64,000 nt of DNA from the NCBI GenBank assembly GCA_030603385.1, contig JAUVXW010000005.1:64001-128000 (forward strand). Direction: 5' to 3'. This document shows positions 10,527 through 21,711 of this stretch, in pieces. The stretch comes from Promethearchaeota archaeon. Its GTDB lineage: Archaea > Asgardarchaeota > Lokiarchaeia > Sigyniarchaeales > SOKP01. Position 1 is the stretch's first letter, and each line of letters opens with the position of its first letter. The notes beneath the pieces are model-generated. The model was not told where the DNA came from and did no database searches. It saw only the letters and a program-made list of their open reading frames with translations. A program made the position numbers and the translations under genes.

Positions 10527-11318
10527 TTAGAGTCCAACCGGACCATTTTGATAGATTTCAAATGCATCATCGACTGAAGCACTTTCATGTACTATTGCCC
10601 TAACAGCTTTTATCATCCCTATTGGTTTATCTGATTGGAAAATATTTCGTCCCATGTCTACGCCAACGGCTCCCTTGTCAATTGCATTCTTTGCCATTTG
10701 TAGTGCTTCTTTTTCTGGAGTTTTCTTTCCACCTGCGATTACTATAGGTACAGGGCAAATACTTGTTACATTTTCAAAATCATCGCAATAATAAGTCTTT
10801 ACAAATGTAGCCCCCATTTCTGCTGCCATTCTACTAGCCATACCTAAATATCTATGGTCTCTAACCATTTCTCTACCAACCGCGGTGACTGCTAGTGCCG
10901 GAATACCATATTCTTGCCCCCAATTCACAAGTTTTGATAAATTCATTAAACTTTGTTTCTCAAATTCTCCCCCAACAAAAATGGAGCAAGTAATTGCTGA
11001 AACGTTTAATCTTATAGCATCTTCAATCGTTACATTAATCTCTTCATTAGAAAGTTCTTTTAACATGCTGGCTCCCGCTGATACCCTTAATACAATTGGA
11101 ATATCAAAATCGGGAGAAACACAACTTCTTAACATTCCTCGTGTAAGCATTAAAGCATCTGCATATTGAAATAATGGGTTTAAATCTCCAAAACATTTTA
11201 ATTGGCCCGGTACATTTCCAAAATATCCATGATCTATAGCTAACATTACGCAATGTCCAGATTTTGGTTTAATTATTCTTGATAATCTATTTTGCATTCC
11301 CCAATCCATTCTATTCAC
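10527..11318 (-). CDS. lsrF: LsrF-like class I aldolase/thiolase (DhnA family)
   Basis: MDWGMQNRLSRI, LAIDHGY, FVKTYY Schiff-base Lys, IAGGKK, GVDMGRNIFQ. Confidence 0.85.
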   Translation of the reverse strand: MNRMDWGMQNRLSRIIKPKSGHCVMLAIDHGYFGNVPGQLKCFGDLNPLFQYADALMLTRGMLRSCVSPDFDIPIVLRVSAGASMLKELSNEEINVTIEDAIRLNVSAITCSIFVGGEFEKQSLMNLSKLVNWGQEYGIPALAVTAVGREMVRDHRYLGMASRMAAEMGATFVKTYYCDDFENVTSICPVPIVIAGGKKTPEKEALQMAKNAIDKGAVGVDMGRNIFQSDKPIGMIKAVRAIVHESASVDDAFEIYQNGPVGL

Positions 11319-11414
11319 TATTTTTTGTTTATTTTTGATTTAATCTAACATTGTAAAATAATTTAGGATCATTATTTTACTTTTACTAAAATTTAGAGAT
11401 TAAAAAAAGAGTAC

Positions 11415-12263
11415 TTAAATGATACTTAAAAATTCTCCAACTCTGCTTTTTATTTTTGAAGCAAGAGTTTTAGAGATATTTCTTCGAATATATTCCTTAA
11501 TTAAATTTAAGCGATAATTACTAATCGTTTTAATTTTTAAATTTTTAGATAATTGTTCAATTAATTCATCCTCATATATTTTCTTAATATCTTGGAGGAT
11601 ATATGTAGCATGGTTAGCCTCATTTATAAGTCTTCCAATATCTTGTTGAAGAAGTTTAAGTTGTTCTTGTTCATCAATGATCTCTAAAGCTCGTTTTACA
11701 ATTCCTTCTTCAAACTTCATTTTCACATTCCAAGGAGTTTGAAAAATATGTTGCTGTGTGTCCATTATTAATGCATCCTTGTCTTTAATATTCAATTTGT
11801 TTAAAGAAGGTCCATCAAGTAAATAGATTGTTTTACTTCCACTAAAACTCTCTGGTAATATCATATCACCAACAGTGTTAAGTATTTCTTCGCTATATTC
11901 AAAATTCTTATCTTTTATGATATAGGAGGGATAATTAAATATTTTGGCATGGATCAGACTAAATATACCATAGATTCCAAACAATTGAATTAATTTTCTG
12001 AGATTGAGTCTTCTTTCCACTTCTTTATCGGTTTCAGGAGTAATTATCGCCATCTGTATATCTATTTTTTCATAGCCCCTAACAACTCCTTTTGTGTCAA
12101 CAAAAACTATAAACTGGTGCTCTGGACATACAGCATTAACGGGTACTTGAATTTTTACTGTGCCAAACTTTTTTTGTGAAAATATAGCTACTGGAATATT
12201 AATATTCTTCGTTTCTCCGCATACTGGACAAGATACTTCAAGTACTTTAAAGGTTTCACTCAT
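11415..12263 (-). CDS. Hypothetical protein with N-terminal Zn-ribbon-like motif
   Basis: CPVCG...CPEHQF..FVD...VRGYEKID, a pattern typical of Lokiarchaeia hypotheticals. Confidence 0.7.
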   Translation of the reverse strand: MSETFKVLEVSCPVCGETKNINIPVAIFSQKKFGTVKIQVPVNAVCPEHQFIVFVDTKGVVRGYEKIDIQMAIITPETDKEVERRLNLRKLIQLFGIYGIFSLIHAKIFNYPSYIIKDKNFEYSEEILNTVGDMILPESFSGSKTIYLLDGPSLNKLNIKDKDALIMDTQQHIFQTPWNVKMKFEEGIVKRALEIIDEQEQLKLLQQDIGRLINEANHATYILQDIKKIYEDELIEQLSKNLKIKTISNYRLNLIKEYIRRNISKTLASKIKSRVGEFLSII

Positions 12264-12392
12264 TTTACTATGTATATATTATTTAATAATACTAATAATA
12301 ATACAATAAAACTACATAAAAATTTTAACACATTTTTATCTTAAAGTAAAAATCATCAATAATGTGGATTTTTACTTCTATATAAAAGATAG

Positions 12393-13100
12393 CTACATTA
12401 AAAGTCTAACAAACGAACTTATCCACTTTTCATAGGCCATAACGTAATTATATCCACAAACTTTTTCTAATTCGCTATTCTCGATAATACTATATAATTT
12501 TTTTGCTCCTTCTATTGTTAAATCCTCTGGACCATATGGGTTTAAAACTAAATTTTCGTCTTTAAGAAATACATAATCACAAATAAAGAGTACATCCTCA
12601 AAAACAAAAAATGTAAACCCTGGTGTATGCCCGTTAATATGGAATGCTTTAATGTCGAATAATTTAAAATTTTCTTTAAATTTCTTATCAAATGGATGTT
12701 TTCTCGCAAGAACATGGTTGGAATCTTCTTTATGTATCCATATAAACGCTGTATAATATTCCCTATAAAGATTAGACGCTCCTAGAAAATGGTGATGAGT
12801 AAACAAAATTTTATCCATGGGTTCAAGATCTTTTGAAAATGTAGAAGGGCAATCAATCCAAATTTTTTTCTCACTTATCTCAATACAATATGCTGCATGT
12901 TCAAGTCCTAAGTTTGGATACGAGTTTAATCGTGCTACATTATCTTTTACTTTAGTACTTGTTATTTTATATTTTTGAGAACACTCCTTAGCCGTAATAA
13001 AATTTGTTTTAGATGATCCACAAAAAGGACACTCTTCTGGATAATAATCAATCATATTGTAGCCGCAGATCTTACAAACATATTGAGATTGGTCTAACAT
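12393..13100 (-). CDS. Rubredoxin-like Zn finger fused to MBL-fold hydrolase
   Basis: CKICGY...CPFCG; THHHFLG, GHTPG, ICD. Confidence 0.8.
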   Translation of the reverse strand: MLDQSQYVCKICGYNMIDYYPEECPFCGSSKTNFITAKECSQKYKITSTKVKDNVARLNSYPNLGLEHAAYCIEISEKKIWIDCPSTFSKDLEPMDKILFTHHHFLGASNLYREYYTAFIWIHKEDSNHVLARKHPFDKKFKENFKLFDIKAFHINGHTPGFTFFVFEDVLFICDYVFLKDENLVLNPYGPEDLTIEGAKKLYSIIENSELEKVCGYNYVMAYEKWISSFVRLLM

Positions 13101-13129
13101 TCTTAAAACTGAAGGTTTATCAACTAAAT

Positions 13130-14770
13130 TTATAACTTTATTATTGGTATTCCTGATAATGAACCTGTAAAGCTTCCGTTTTTTAGGGCTAATTCTCCAT
13201 TTACAAAAACATATTCAATACCTTCGGAATATAACCTTGGATTTTCATAAGTAGCCTTATCTATTATATTATCAGGATCAAATATTGTGATATCTGCACA
13301 ATATCCTTCCCTCAATAGACCACGATCCTTTAATCCTAATTTTTGAGCGGGATAAGATGTCATTCTTCTAATTGCGTCTTCTAGAATAAGTAAATTCTTT
13401 TCACGAACATATTTACCTAAAACTTGTGTGAAGCAGCCATTAGCATACGGATTGGGAAAATAATTTGGATCATTTTCTGGAATAATTCTCCCATCAGAAG
13501 CAAACATCGTAAGTGGATGAGTAATCGTTATTATATTATCCTCCTCCGTCATGGAGAGATAGGTTCCATTAACAGACCCTTCTTGTTCAATTAAAACATC
13601 AATGATAACTTGTTTTGGCTTACAATCTTTTTCAATTGCATTCTGATATACTGTTTTGCCATTGTATTGTTTACTTCCGGGTGCGTTTATATATACCTTT
13701 TTCCAATCTTCATGTTGATTGATTTTTAGAAAACTTTTACTGATTAGGTCCATATCTTTATATATTTTATTCCTTAGAGCTTCATCAGTTTTAGATTGTT
13801 TTAGCGTTTCAATAGCACCAGGAATATCTATTTTATCATTTGAGAGATATACCCATGGGGGGACTAACACAAATAAAAATGTTGAGTTTGATGCATGAGG
13901 AAAAACATCAAAGGTAACATCTAAATTGTTCGCACGAGCTTTTTCCACATATTTATATGCTTTTCTTATATCTCCTGGCCAAAATCCAAATGGTTTAAAG
14001 TGACTAATCTCTACCGATATCCCAGATCTAGCAATTTCAATAGCTTCTTTTGTAGCTCTTACGAGTCCGTTGGGAAAGCCTCTAAAGTGAGTAGTATATA
14101 TCCCATTATATTTTTTAACAACTTCACAGAGTTCAATAATCTCATCTGTTTTTGCGAATGATCCTGGGGGATAATCTAAACCAGTGGACATACCAAAAGC
14201 TCCAGCTTTCATTTCTTCTTCAAGTACCCCCTTCATCTCTTTCATTTCAATTTCAGTTGGTAATTTGTTTTCTAACCCTAATGTGTATATCCTTAATGTT
14301 GAATGGCCGATTAATGGAATTATATTAATCGGGATACCTTTCTTTTTTAAACCCTCCAGATAATCATGTAAACTATAAAAGCTAAATTCAGAATCCATCA
14401 TAGAAAGCATTGATTTGAATTGCTCATATGCCTCATCATCCTTACTTGTGTTTGGGTTTATCGGCGTCATAGAAAATCCACAGTTTCCTACTACATGGGT
14501 TGTTACTCCTTGTGTTAATATATTTTCACCACGACTGAACAGCACGGTAAAATCTGAATGTGTGTGAATATCAATAAAGCCTGGTGAAACGATAAGATTA
14601 GATGCATCAATAATTTCATCTACGTCTTTATTTGACATGTCTTGAGAAATTTCCTTTATATATCCGTTATCAATTAAGATATCTGCTTTAAACCAAGGAT
14701 TACCTGTCCCATCAATGATTTTACCATGTTTGATTAAAAATGATTTGCTAGATGATGTATTTTCCTTCAT
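13130..14770 (-). CDS. N-acyl-D-amino-acid deacylase (D-aminoacylase)
   Basis: PGFIDIHTHSD, GNCGFS, STGLDYPPG, ASDG, MTSYPA, DITIFDP. Confidence 0.9.
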   Translation of the reverse strand: MKENTSSSKSFLIKHGKIIDGTGNPWFKADILIDNGYIKEISQDMSNKDVDEIIDASNLIVSPGFIDIHTHSDFTVLFSRGENILTQGVTTHVVGNCGFSMTPINPNTSKDDEAYEQFKSMLSMMDSEFSFYSLHDYLEGLKKKGIPINIIPLIGHSTLRIYTLGLENKLPTEIEMKEMKGVLEEEMKAGAFGMSTGLDYPPGSFAKTDEIIELCEVVKKYNGIYTTHFRGFPNGLVRATKEAIEIARSGISVEISHFKPFGFWPGDIRKAYKYVEKARANNLDVTFDVFPHASNSTFLFVLVPPWVYLSNDKIDIPGAIETLKQSKTDEALRNKIYKDMDLISKSFLKINQHEDWKKVYINAPGSKQYNGKTVYQNAIEKDCKPKQVIIDVLIEQEGSVNGTYLSMTEEDNIITITHPLTMFASDGRIIPENDPNYFPNPYANGCFTQVLGKYVREKNLLILEDAIRRMTSYPAQKLGLKDRGLLREGYCADITIFDPDNIIDKATYENPRLYSEGIEYVFVNGELALKNGSFTGSLSGIPIIKL

Positions 14771-14913
14771 AAAATCACTATTTCCATTTTTATATGTATA
14801 TGTTTCTTTTTTTTTGTATATAAATATTGTATTTTCTTTTCTTCTAAACGTTTCTTAAGTTTTATATGTGTTAATACTGAATAATAACTTAATTCACTTA
14901 GTTGGTGTAAAAA

Positions 14914-16038
14914 ATGATATATTCTGAACCTAAAGAAATTGGAAAGGTTTTAATAAAGAATAGATTTGTTCGATCTGCTACTTATATGAGAATGGCTAAA
15001 GAAGATGGTGATATTTCAAATGAACTTCTGGAGATGTATAAAACATTAGCTAAAGGAGGTGTTGGTTTAATAATAACTGGATACGCTTATGTGCAAAAAA
15101 GCGGTATACCTTTTCCAGGTCAATTAGGCGCAGATAGAGATAGTTCAATACCAAGTTTGAAAAAGATTGCGAAAACAATACATAATAATGGTGATGGTTG
15201 TAAAGTATTTCTTCAATTGGCACACTGTGGTAGACAATCATATTTTGTTGATGAGATTGTAGCCCCTTCTGCCGTCCTTGAACCAATAACAAACAGGATG
15301 CCAAGAGAAATGACAATTGAGGAAATTGAAGAAACTGTAAATGCGTTTGCTGAAGCTTCAAGGAGAGCAATGGAAGCTAATTTCCATGGTGTGCAATTAC
15401 ATTCAGCACATGGGTATTTACTGAGCGAATTTTTATCTCCGCATACAAATAGAAGAACGGATAAATATGGAGGAAACATGAACAATAGGGTTAGAATTTT
15501 AGAAGAAATCTATAAAAAAACCACAAAATTAGTCGGCAGGGATTTTCCAATTTCAATAAAAATGAATGCTGACGATTTTCTAGAGGGAGGGTTAAAGTTA
15601 GATGAATCTAAAAAAATTGCTGAAATTTTTTCAAAGATTGGATATGCCTCGATAGAAGTAAGTGGAGGCATGTGGGAAGTATTAATGCGAAATAAGAAAG
15701 ATCTTGGGTGGCAGCCAGCAATGATACCAGAAAGTCGTTTAAATATTAACACTAGGGAAAAAGAAGCTTATCATAGGACTTATGCAAAAGAAATTAAAAA
15801 GCTAATTGATAAACCATTAATTTTAGTAGGGGGAATAAAATCACTAGATATTATTGAAGAATTATTAACTCGAGGAATTACTGATTTTGTTTCACTTAGT
15901 AGACCTTTAATTCGTGATCCAGATCTTCCGAATAAATGGTTAAAAGGAACTGGAGAAAATACTTGTAAATGTATCTCATGTAATGGATGTGTCGGTGCAG
16001 CAATGACTGGACCAGTTCATTGTACTCAAGAGAAGTAG
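14914..16038 (+). CDS. NADH:flavin oxidoreductase (Old Yellow Enzyme family) with C-terminal Fe-S motif
   Basis: NRFVRSAT, QLAHCGR, HSAHGYLLSEFLSP..NRRTDKYGG, CISCNGC. Confidence 0.92.
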   Translation: MIYSEPKEIGKVLIKNRFVRSATYMRMAKEDGDISNELLEMYKTLAKGGVGLIITGYAYVQKSGIPFPGQLGADRDSSIPSLKKIAKTIHNNGDGCKVFLQLAHCGRQSYFVDEIVAPSAVLEPITNRMPREMTIEEIEETVNAFAEASRRAMEANFHGVQLHSAHGYLLSEFLSPHTNRRTDKYGGNMNNRVRILEEIYKKTTKLVGRDFPISIKMNADDFLEGGLKLDESKKIAEIFSKIGYASIEVSGGMWEVLMRNKKDLGWQPAMIPESRLNINTREKEAYHRTYAKEIKKLIDKPLILVGGIKSLDIIEELLTRGITDFVSLSRPLIRDPDLPNKWLKGTGENTCKCISCNGCVGAAMTGPVHCTQEK

Positions 16039-16113
16039 TGAATAATTTAAGATGTTCCAAAATACTATAACATGGAAGTAAGATATTAAAAAAAAGTAAT
16101 ACAAAGTTTGAAA

Positions 16114-18693
16114 TTATATTTTCTTGTCTTTAAACAACACTTTTACTAAAAAGATTGTAACTAACGTCGGAAAAACACCTATACCTAAAATTGCAAATAA
16201 TGAAGTACTGAGAAGATTTGCGAATTCACCCATTAAGAATATTTTTCCAAAAGAATCAAATAAATAATGAATTAAAATGCAGGGAAGTAAGTTCCTTGTT
16301 TTTATATATAGATATGCCATACCAATCCCGAAACAGCTCGCATATATAACCTGCAAAAGAGTGCCATACAAATTAGATCCCCATATCAAATTAGTAAAAT
16401 GAAATAAACCAAAAATTATACCATTCAGGATAACTGTAGTAGTGATTGAATATCTCCTTAATTGTAAATTTAAAATAACTCCTCTAAAAGATATTTCTTC
16501 CCATATTCCTGGTATGAGCATAAAAATAAATAGAAACCATCCTAGATTGATTGGAAATGGTTGATCAGGATTAGGATTCTCGAAATACCAATGATCAAAT
16601 TTAATATCTCCAAAAATAAAAGTAAAGAATAAAAGAGAGGAGAAGTAAATACTAGTAATTCCGATACCAAGAGAAAAATTACGCCAAAAGTGTTTTTTCC
16701 TTCCTAATCCAATTGTTTGAGTAAATTCTATAAAAGATTCTTTCTTCGGAAGTTTTAACCCAAGCGGAACTGCTACTAGCCATAGTAATGCTAAAAATCC
16801 AAAATTTAAAATGAAATCAATGAATATTGCTACGGAAAATGGAAGATTAGTAATAAGTGGAGATATAAGAAATGCAATGGGGATTAGCAAAAATCCCCAA
16901 ATAAAGTATAAAACCAACAAAACAATAGTTCCTATATTTACGTGTTCTCTTAAAAAACCTCCCGTCTTGAATTTTGCTATTTTCTCTACTTTTGGAAACA
17001 TACGAGTGAGCGCAAATATCAAAATTGATAACCCTGTTATTCCTATGATCATTAAAATTAACATTGTGGTATAAATACCAAAAGAAAAAATTAATTGACT
17101 GCCTACAATCAAAATCGTAACATATATACCACCCTCAATTAAGATCATAAGTATCCATTTTGCAATTTTATGTTCTTTGTTTAACTCCTCAAGGATATAT
17201 TTATACTTCATTTTCCCAAAGAAGTGAATCTTCATCTCAAACATAACTAACAAAAAACTCCAAGCGATCGGTAGAGTAACCACAAATAGTACTAACACTA
17301 AAATTGAATTAGTTAACAATGTCAGAAGAATAGCTATAAACGTGAGTGAAATTCCCTGGATTGACAACATCAAAATGATTTTTGCTTTTGCCTGATCACG
17401 AGGGATTAAAGGTAATGATGCCTTAATAGAAGAACCAGATTCTTCAAGATTCAAGAATCCTATAATTAACATTGGTGGAATAAATAAATATATACCAACA
17501 ACTGCAGACCATAATATTAGTATACCCTCTATTGTGGTAACTTCGTTGATAATTGGGCCTTGTAGAGTAAAAACTAATACTAGAGGATAAAATATTGGGA
17601 GAAAGATAAACATAAAGGATTGCATATCACGAGTAGTTGAGACTAAATCTTTTCGAATATATGCCTTAATTGTTGAGGTCGGTTTTATTTCAATGATAAC
17701 ATCCTTTTTCTTTACTTTATCAACTATGATCTCAGTAGAAATCGTGGTACGTAGAGCTCGTTGAGCAGATTTGAATAACCCCCATACTACAAATATGAAT
17801 AAAGCAAATCCAATAAGTGTACTTAGTAATAATCCTGAAGGAAATTGGTTTGGTATGGTACTTAATGCGATTAAATATGCAGGAGCAAGTGCGAATGGAA
17901 TTAAACTTAAAATAAGGTTTAAGAAAATGGGAGGTTCGCTTGTTTTGAACATAATAAGAAATCTATCAACAGAACTAAAGCCCAAGCTGAAAATTAATCC
18001 AGATCCAAAAGCAATTGTGAAATAACCAATCATAGTTATCAATCTGACTAAATTCACTCTTTTCGATGTACCTTTTGATTCTGAGAAGAGGAAGCTTAAT
18101 TTCTCCCCTATAATAATAAGTAAGCTAAAATTGAAAACAACATTAAGAAAAGATACTAAGAGTGAGGTAATAAAAATTAAGAAATTCTGAGTACCAATTA
18201 ACATTATAATTGGAAATGCTGCGATTAGTATAATTAGCGGGATGTCGAGATTTCGAAATAATGTCATAAATCCAATCTTTCTCATGTCCTTTTTAGAGAA
18301 TGGGAGCGTTTGCAGCCATTTGAATGAGTTTCCCGACATGAAAGAGCTGGTTGAAACCAACCCAAACATTATCATATATAAAAAAGTTATCCCAAAGTAA
18401 ATTGCAAACATAAAACTAGATATAAACGCGATCGAATTTGATGTATAGGAACCAAGAGAGTTGTCGATTTCTAAGTAGGTAAATAGTGGCAAAATAGGTA
18501 AAAAAGCAAAAAGGAACGCAAAAACTAATTTAAGAGCCAAAAATTGATGATTTATATAATTCTTGTTTTTCTTAAATTTTTCGAAAAGTCTCGCTTGATG
18601 GGCACCAGCGCTTGCTATCTGTCCTTCCATTAAGATTTCGTGTGTTGTAAACTTAGCTAAGGAATAGAAAGATTTCTGTTTGTTTTCTTCCAT
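16114..18693 (-). CDS. ABC-2-type permease-like membrane protein fused to C-terminal CPBP (CAAX/Abi) intramembrane metalloprotease
   Basis: Polytopic N-region adjacent to an ABC ATPase; C-terminal EEISFRG, FGLFH, HYLFD CPBP motifs. Confidence 0.8.
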   Translation of the reverse strand: MEENKQKSFYSLAKFTTHEILMEGQIASAGAHQARLFEKFKKNKNYINHQFLALKLVFAFLFAFLPILPLFTYLEIDNSLGSYTSNSIAFISSFMFAIYFGITFLYMIMFGLVSTSSFMSGNSFKWLQTLPFSKKDMRKIGFMTLFRNLDIPLIILIAAFPIIMLIGTQNFLIFITSLLVSFLNVVFNFSLLIIIGEKLSFLFSESKGTSKRVNLVRLITMIGYFTIAFGSGLIFSLGFSSVDRFLIMFKTSEPPIFLNLILSLIPFALAPAYLIALSTIPNQFPSGLLLSTLIGFALFIFVVWGLFKSAQRALRTTISTEIIVDKVKKKDVIIEIKPTSTIKAYIRKDLVSTTRDMQSFMFIFLPIFYPLVLVFTLQGPIINEVTTIEGILILWSAVVGIYLFIPPMLIIGFLNLEESGSSIKASLPLIPRDQAKAKIILMLSIQGISLTFIAILLTLLTNSILVLVLFVVTLPIAWSFLLVMFEMKIHFFGKMKYKYILEELNKEHKIAKWILMILIEGGIYVTILIVGSQLIFSFGIYTTMLILMIIGITGLSILIFALTRMFPKVEKIAKFKTGGFLREHVNIGTIVLLVLYFIWGFLLIPIAFLISPLITNLPFSVAIFIDFILNFGFLALLWLVAVPLGLKLPKKESFIEFTQTIGLGRKKHFWRNFSLGIGITSIYFSSLLFFTFIFGDIKFDHWYFENPNPDQPFPINLGWFLFIFMLIPGIWEEISFRGVILNLQLRRYSITTTVILNGIIFGLFHFTNLIWGSNLYGTLLQVIYASCFGIGMAYLYIKTRNLLPCILIHYLFDSFGKIFLMGEFANLLSTSLFAILGIGVFPTLVTIFLVKVLFKDKKI

Positions 18694-18707
18694 AGATAAT
18701 TACCTCA

Positions 18708-19502
18708 TTAATTTTTCACTTTAAAAGAAGCTCTGAGTTTCTTTATTATTTCATTAACTGAAGTATCTTGCTCAGTTAATCGTAAGAAAACATCTTCTAA
18801 GCTTGCACCTACTTTATCAGCTTGTTGTCGAAGTTCTTCAATTGTACCAATCCCTACTATCTTTCCTTTATTAATTATCCCTATTCGGTCACATAATTCT
18901 TGTGCGATTTCCATAATATGTGTAGAAAAAAGAACTGTTCCCCCTCTCTGAGTGTGAAGTTCTATAATGGATTTGACAACTCTTACAGATTTCGCATCAA
19001 GACCTGCAATGGGTTCATCCAAAATAAGCAAATCTGGCTCATGAAGTATTGCAGCAATAATTTGTAATTTTTGTTTATTTCCATGAGATAGAGTTGCAAT
19101 TAATTGATCATAATATTCAATTGCGTCCAGACTTTCCAGATATTCCTTTGCAAGATTGGTAGTTTTATTCGCATCTAAACCTCTGACTGATGCTACAAAA
19201 TTAAAGAGGTCTTTTGGCGTTAAGGACTTGAAGATTAAAGGTTCTTCACTAACATATCCAATACGACGTTTAATTGCAACTTCATTTCGTTCGGGATTTA
19301 ACCCAAATACACTCATTTCACCTTCATTTGGTTCAAGTAATCCTAAAAGGAGTTTGATCGTTGTCGTTTTACCAGCACCATTAGGTCCTAATAATCCAAA
19401 AACCTCTCCCTGTTGAACTTCAAATGAGATACCATTTACTGCTTTTACTTCCCCAAAAAATTTCTTCAAACTTTTAATGATAATTATTTCATTATTTGAC
19501 AT
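18708..19502 (-). CDS. ABC transporter ATP-binding protein
   Basis: GPNGAGKTT, LSHGNKQK, LILDEP, STH. Confidence 0.95.
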   Translation of the reverse strand: MSNNEIIIIKSLKKFFGEVKAVNGISFEVQQGEVFGLLGPNGAGKTTTIKLLLGLLEPNEGEMSVFGLNPERNEVAIKRRIGYVSEEPLIFKSLTPKDLFNFVASVRGLDANKTTNLAKEYLESLDAIEYYDQLIATLSHGNKQKLQIIAAILHEPDLLILDEPIAGLDAKSVRVVKSIIELHTQRGGTVLFSTHIMEIAQELCDRIGIINKGKIVGIGTIEELRQQADKVGASLEDVFLRLTEQDTSVNEIIKKLRASFKVKN

Positions 19503-19740
19503 ATCTATCCCATAGAATTGATTCTTTTCTCATAAATCTTATCTTAGAAGATGACCATAACTTAATATATTTCTTTATATACTTATATATATTATTATAT
19601 TTAAATGTTTTGGAAGTCTATAAAATTAAGCGAATAGTAACTCTATCTACACATTACTAATGTTAATTAAGTATATACAGATATATATAGACATGAATTC
19701 ATTAAGAACCTTGGTGATCTTTCTATGTAAAGAATATTAT

Positions 19741-20676
19741 TTAATCTATTTTCTGATTTACAATAACTATTATAGATACTATAACTAAAAAAATTCCGAT
19801 TAAATGGTAAATTGTGAAATTCTCACCTAAAATAAAACTAGCAAATATAGCTGAAATTATCGGCGTTGGAGCAAATATTATAGTTGCTTTAGAAACATCT
19901 AAATAAGAGAGAGTCTTGTACCAACACACTAATCCAGAGCCATAAACTGTGCCCATTATTAGAAAAAAGAATAGATTGTCGGGATCAAGCCACATTTTAT
20001 AATCTATGGGAAAAAAAATAAAATACGTAAAAATTAGAATAAAACCTGAAAGTAAATTCCTAATAAAAACCATTTGTATGGGAGTAACTTCTTTTTTGTT
20101 AAAAATAGGTTTTGTCAATGTATGTCCAATCATCCATAAAAATGATATTGCTAATATTATTGCAACCCCTATTAAAATGGTACTATTAAATTTAACAAGA
20201 GAAAAAAATTGAGTAATTCCTATCGTTAAACCAAAGAATAATACTATTGAAAAAATTAATTGTAATTTTGTTATTTTTTCTTTAAGAATCAAATACCCTA
20301 AAAGCATTGAGAAGAACACCGTTGTTTTTTGTGTTATAGAGCCATTGATAGCACCAGCCATATCATATCCTATGAAGAAAAAGATTTGATTAACCCCAAA
20401 AATGAACCCTATGAAAATAAGTAGCCATAGATTATTTTTCCACCCCTGCAATATAGAATGGGCACTGATATCATGGTTATGAGTATTTTTTTTGTTCTTT
20501 TTCAACTCTATTAACATTAAAGGAAAAAAAATAGCTGTTTCTACTAAACAAGTCATAGCAGCAGAAATGTGAGCATTTACCATTGAGGGTTTTGAAATCG
20601 CAATAATAGGTTGCAACCCTACAAAAATTATCCCAATAAATCCAAATATTAGTCCTTTTTTAGTATGATTAGCCAA
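19741..20676 (-). CDS. DMT/EamA family transporter
   Basis: About 10 TM, duplicated EamA pattern, ILKEK / ILGE. Confidence 0.85.
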   Translation of the reverse strand: MANHTKKGLIFGFIGIIFVGLQPIIAISKPSMVNAHISAAMTCLVETAIFFPLMLIELKKNKKNTHNHDISAHSILQGWKNNLWLLIFIGFIFGVNQIFFFIGYDMAGAINGSITQKTTVFFSMLLGYLILKEKITKLQLIFSIVLFFGLTIGITQFFSLVKFNSTILIGVAIILAISFLWMIGHTLTKPIFNKKEVTPIQMVFIRNLLSGFILIFTYFIFFPIDYKMWLDPDNLFFFLIMGTVYGSGLVCWYKTLSYLDVSKATIIFAPTPIISAIFASFILGENFTIYHLIGIFLVIVSIIVIVNQKID

Positions 20677-20867
20677 GTTAATTATAAAAAGAAGTTTAGG
20701 GATTAAAAAATTTTAGACAACAAAATTTATATCACATTTCTAGTTCCAAATTCCTTTAATATAAAATAAAATATCGAATTAACTCTTAGATAACTCATAA
20801 AACTTTTTTTATTAGAAAAATTTAAAGAAAATTAATCAAGCAAATAGAAAAATAGCTTGAAATTTGG

Positions 20868-21701
20868 ATGTGTATAAAAATTTCAGAAAATTATGCAATA
20901 ATAACAAATAACCTCACTAAAAATTTCGGAAATATTGTGGCTGTTAATAATTTAAACTTAAAAATCCCTTATGGCTTAACTTTTGGGTTACTTGGTCCCA
21001 ACGGAGCCGGAAAAACTACGACGGTAAGAATGTTAAATTCAATTATTTCACCAACATCAGGTACTGCTAAAGTTGTCGGTTATGATCTCATATCTCAAAG
21101 TCAACAAGTTAAAATTAATTCCGGGTTCCTTCCTGAAACACCTGGCTTATATCAAAAATTAACAGCAAAAGAATTTTTAGAATTTGTAGGGGAGCTATAT
21201 TATTTACCAAAAGAGATTATTTCTAATCGCATAGAGGAATTAATTGATATTTTTAATTTAGAAGGACGTGAAAATGATCTTTTAGAGGGATATAGTAGAG
21301 GAATGAAACAAAAGGTGTGTTTATGCGCAGCCTTAATTCATGATCCGAAAATTATTTTTTTAGATGAACCAACTTCTAATCTAGATCCTGCTGCTGCAAG
21401 AATGGTTAAAGATCTAATATCTGATCTTGCTAAGAAAGCAGATAAAACTATCTTTATATGTACTCATCTTCTTGATGCGGCAGAAGAATTATGTGATTTG
21501 ATAGGAATAATTGATAACGGAGTAATAAAAGTAGAAGGGAGCCCAAAAGAAATAATAGAATCGACGGAAACAAAAGATCTAGAGGAGGCATATCTCAAAA
21601 TAATGGGTGCTACTCGTATTGAAGACTTATTAGCTTGGAGGGAAGAACTTCCAAAAAACCTTGAAAAGAAAAAGAAAACAAAAAAAAAGAAAAGAAGCTG
21701 A
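20868..21701 (+). CDS. ABC transporter ATP-binding protein
   Basis: GPNGAGKTT, YSRGMKQK, FLDEPT, CTH. Confidence 0.95.
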   Translation: MCIKISENYAIITNNLTKNFGNIVAVNNLNLKIPYGLTFGLLGPNGAGKTTTVRMLNSIISPTSGTAKVVGYDLISQSQQVKINSGFLPETPGLYQKLTAKEFLEFVGELYYLPKEIISNRIEELIDIFNLEGRENDLLEGYSRGMKQKVCLCAALIHDPKIIFLDEPTSNLDPAAARMVKDLISDLAKKADKTIFICTHLLDAAEELCDLIGIIDNGVIKVEGSPKEIIESTETKDLEEAYLKIMGATRIEDLLAWREELPKNLEKKKKTKKKKRS

Positions 21702-21711
21702 TAAGGGTAGG

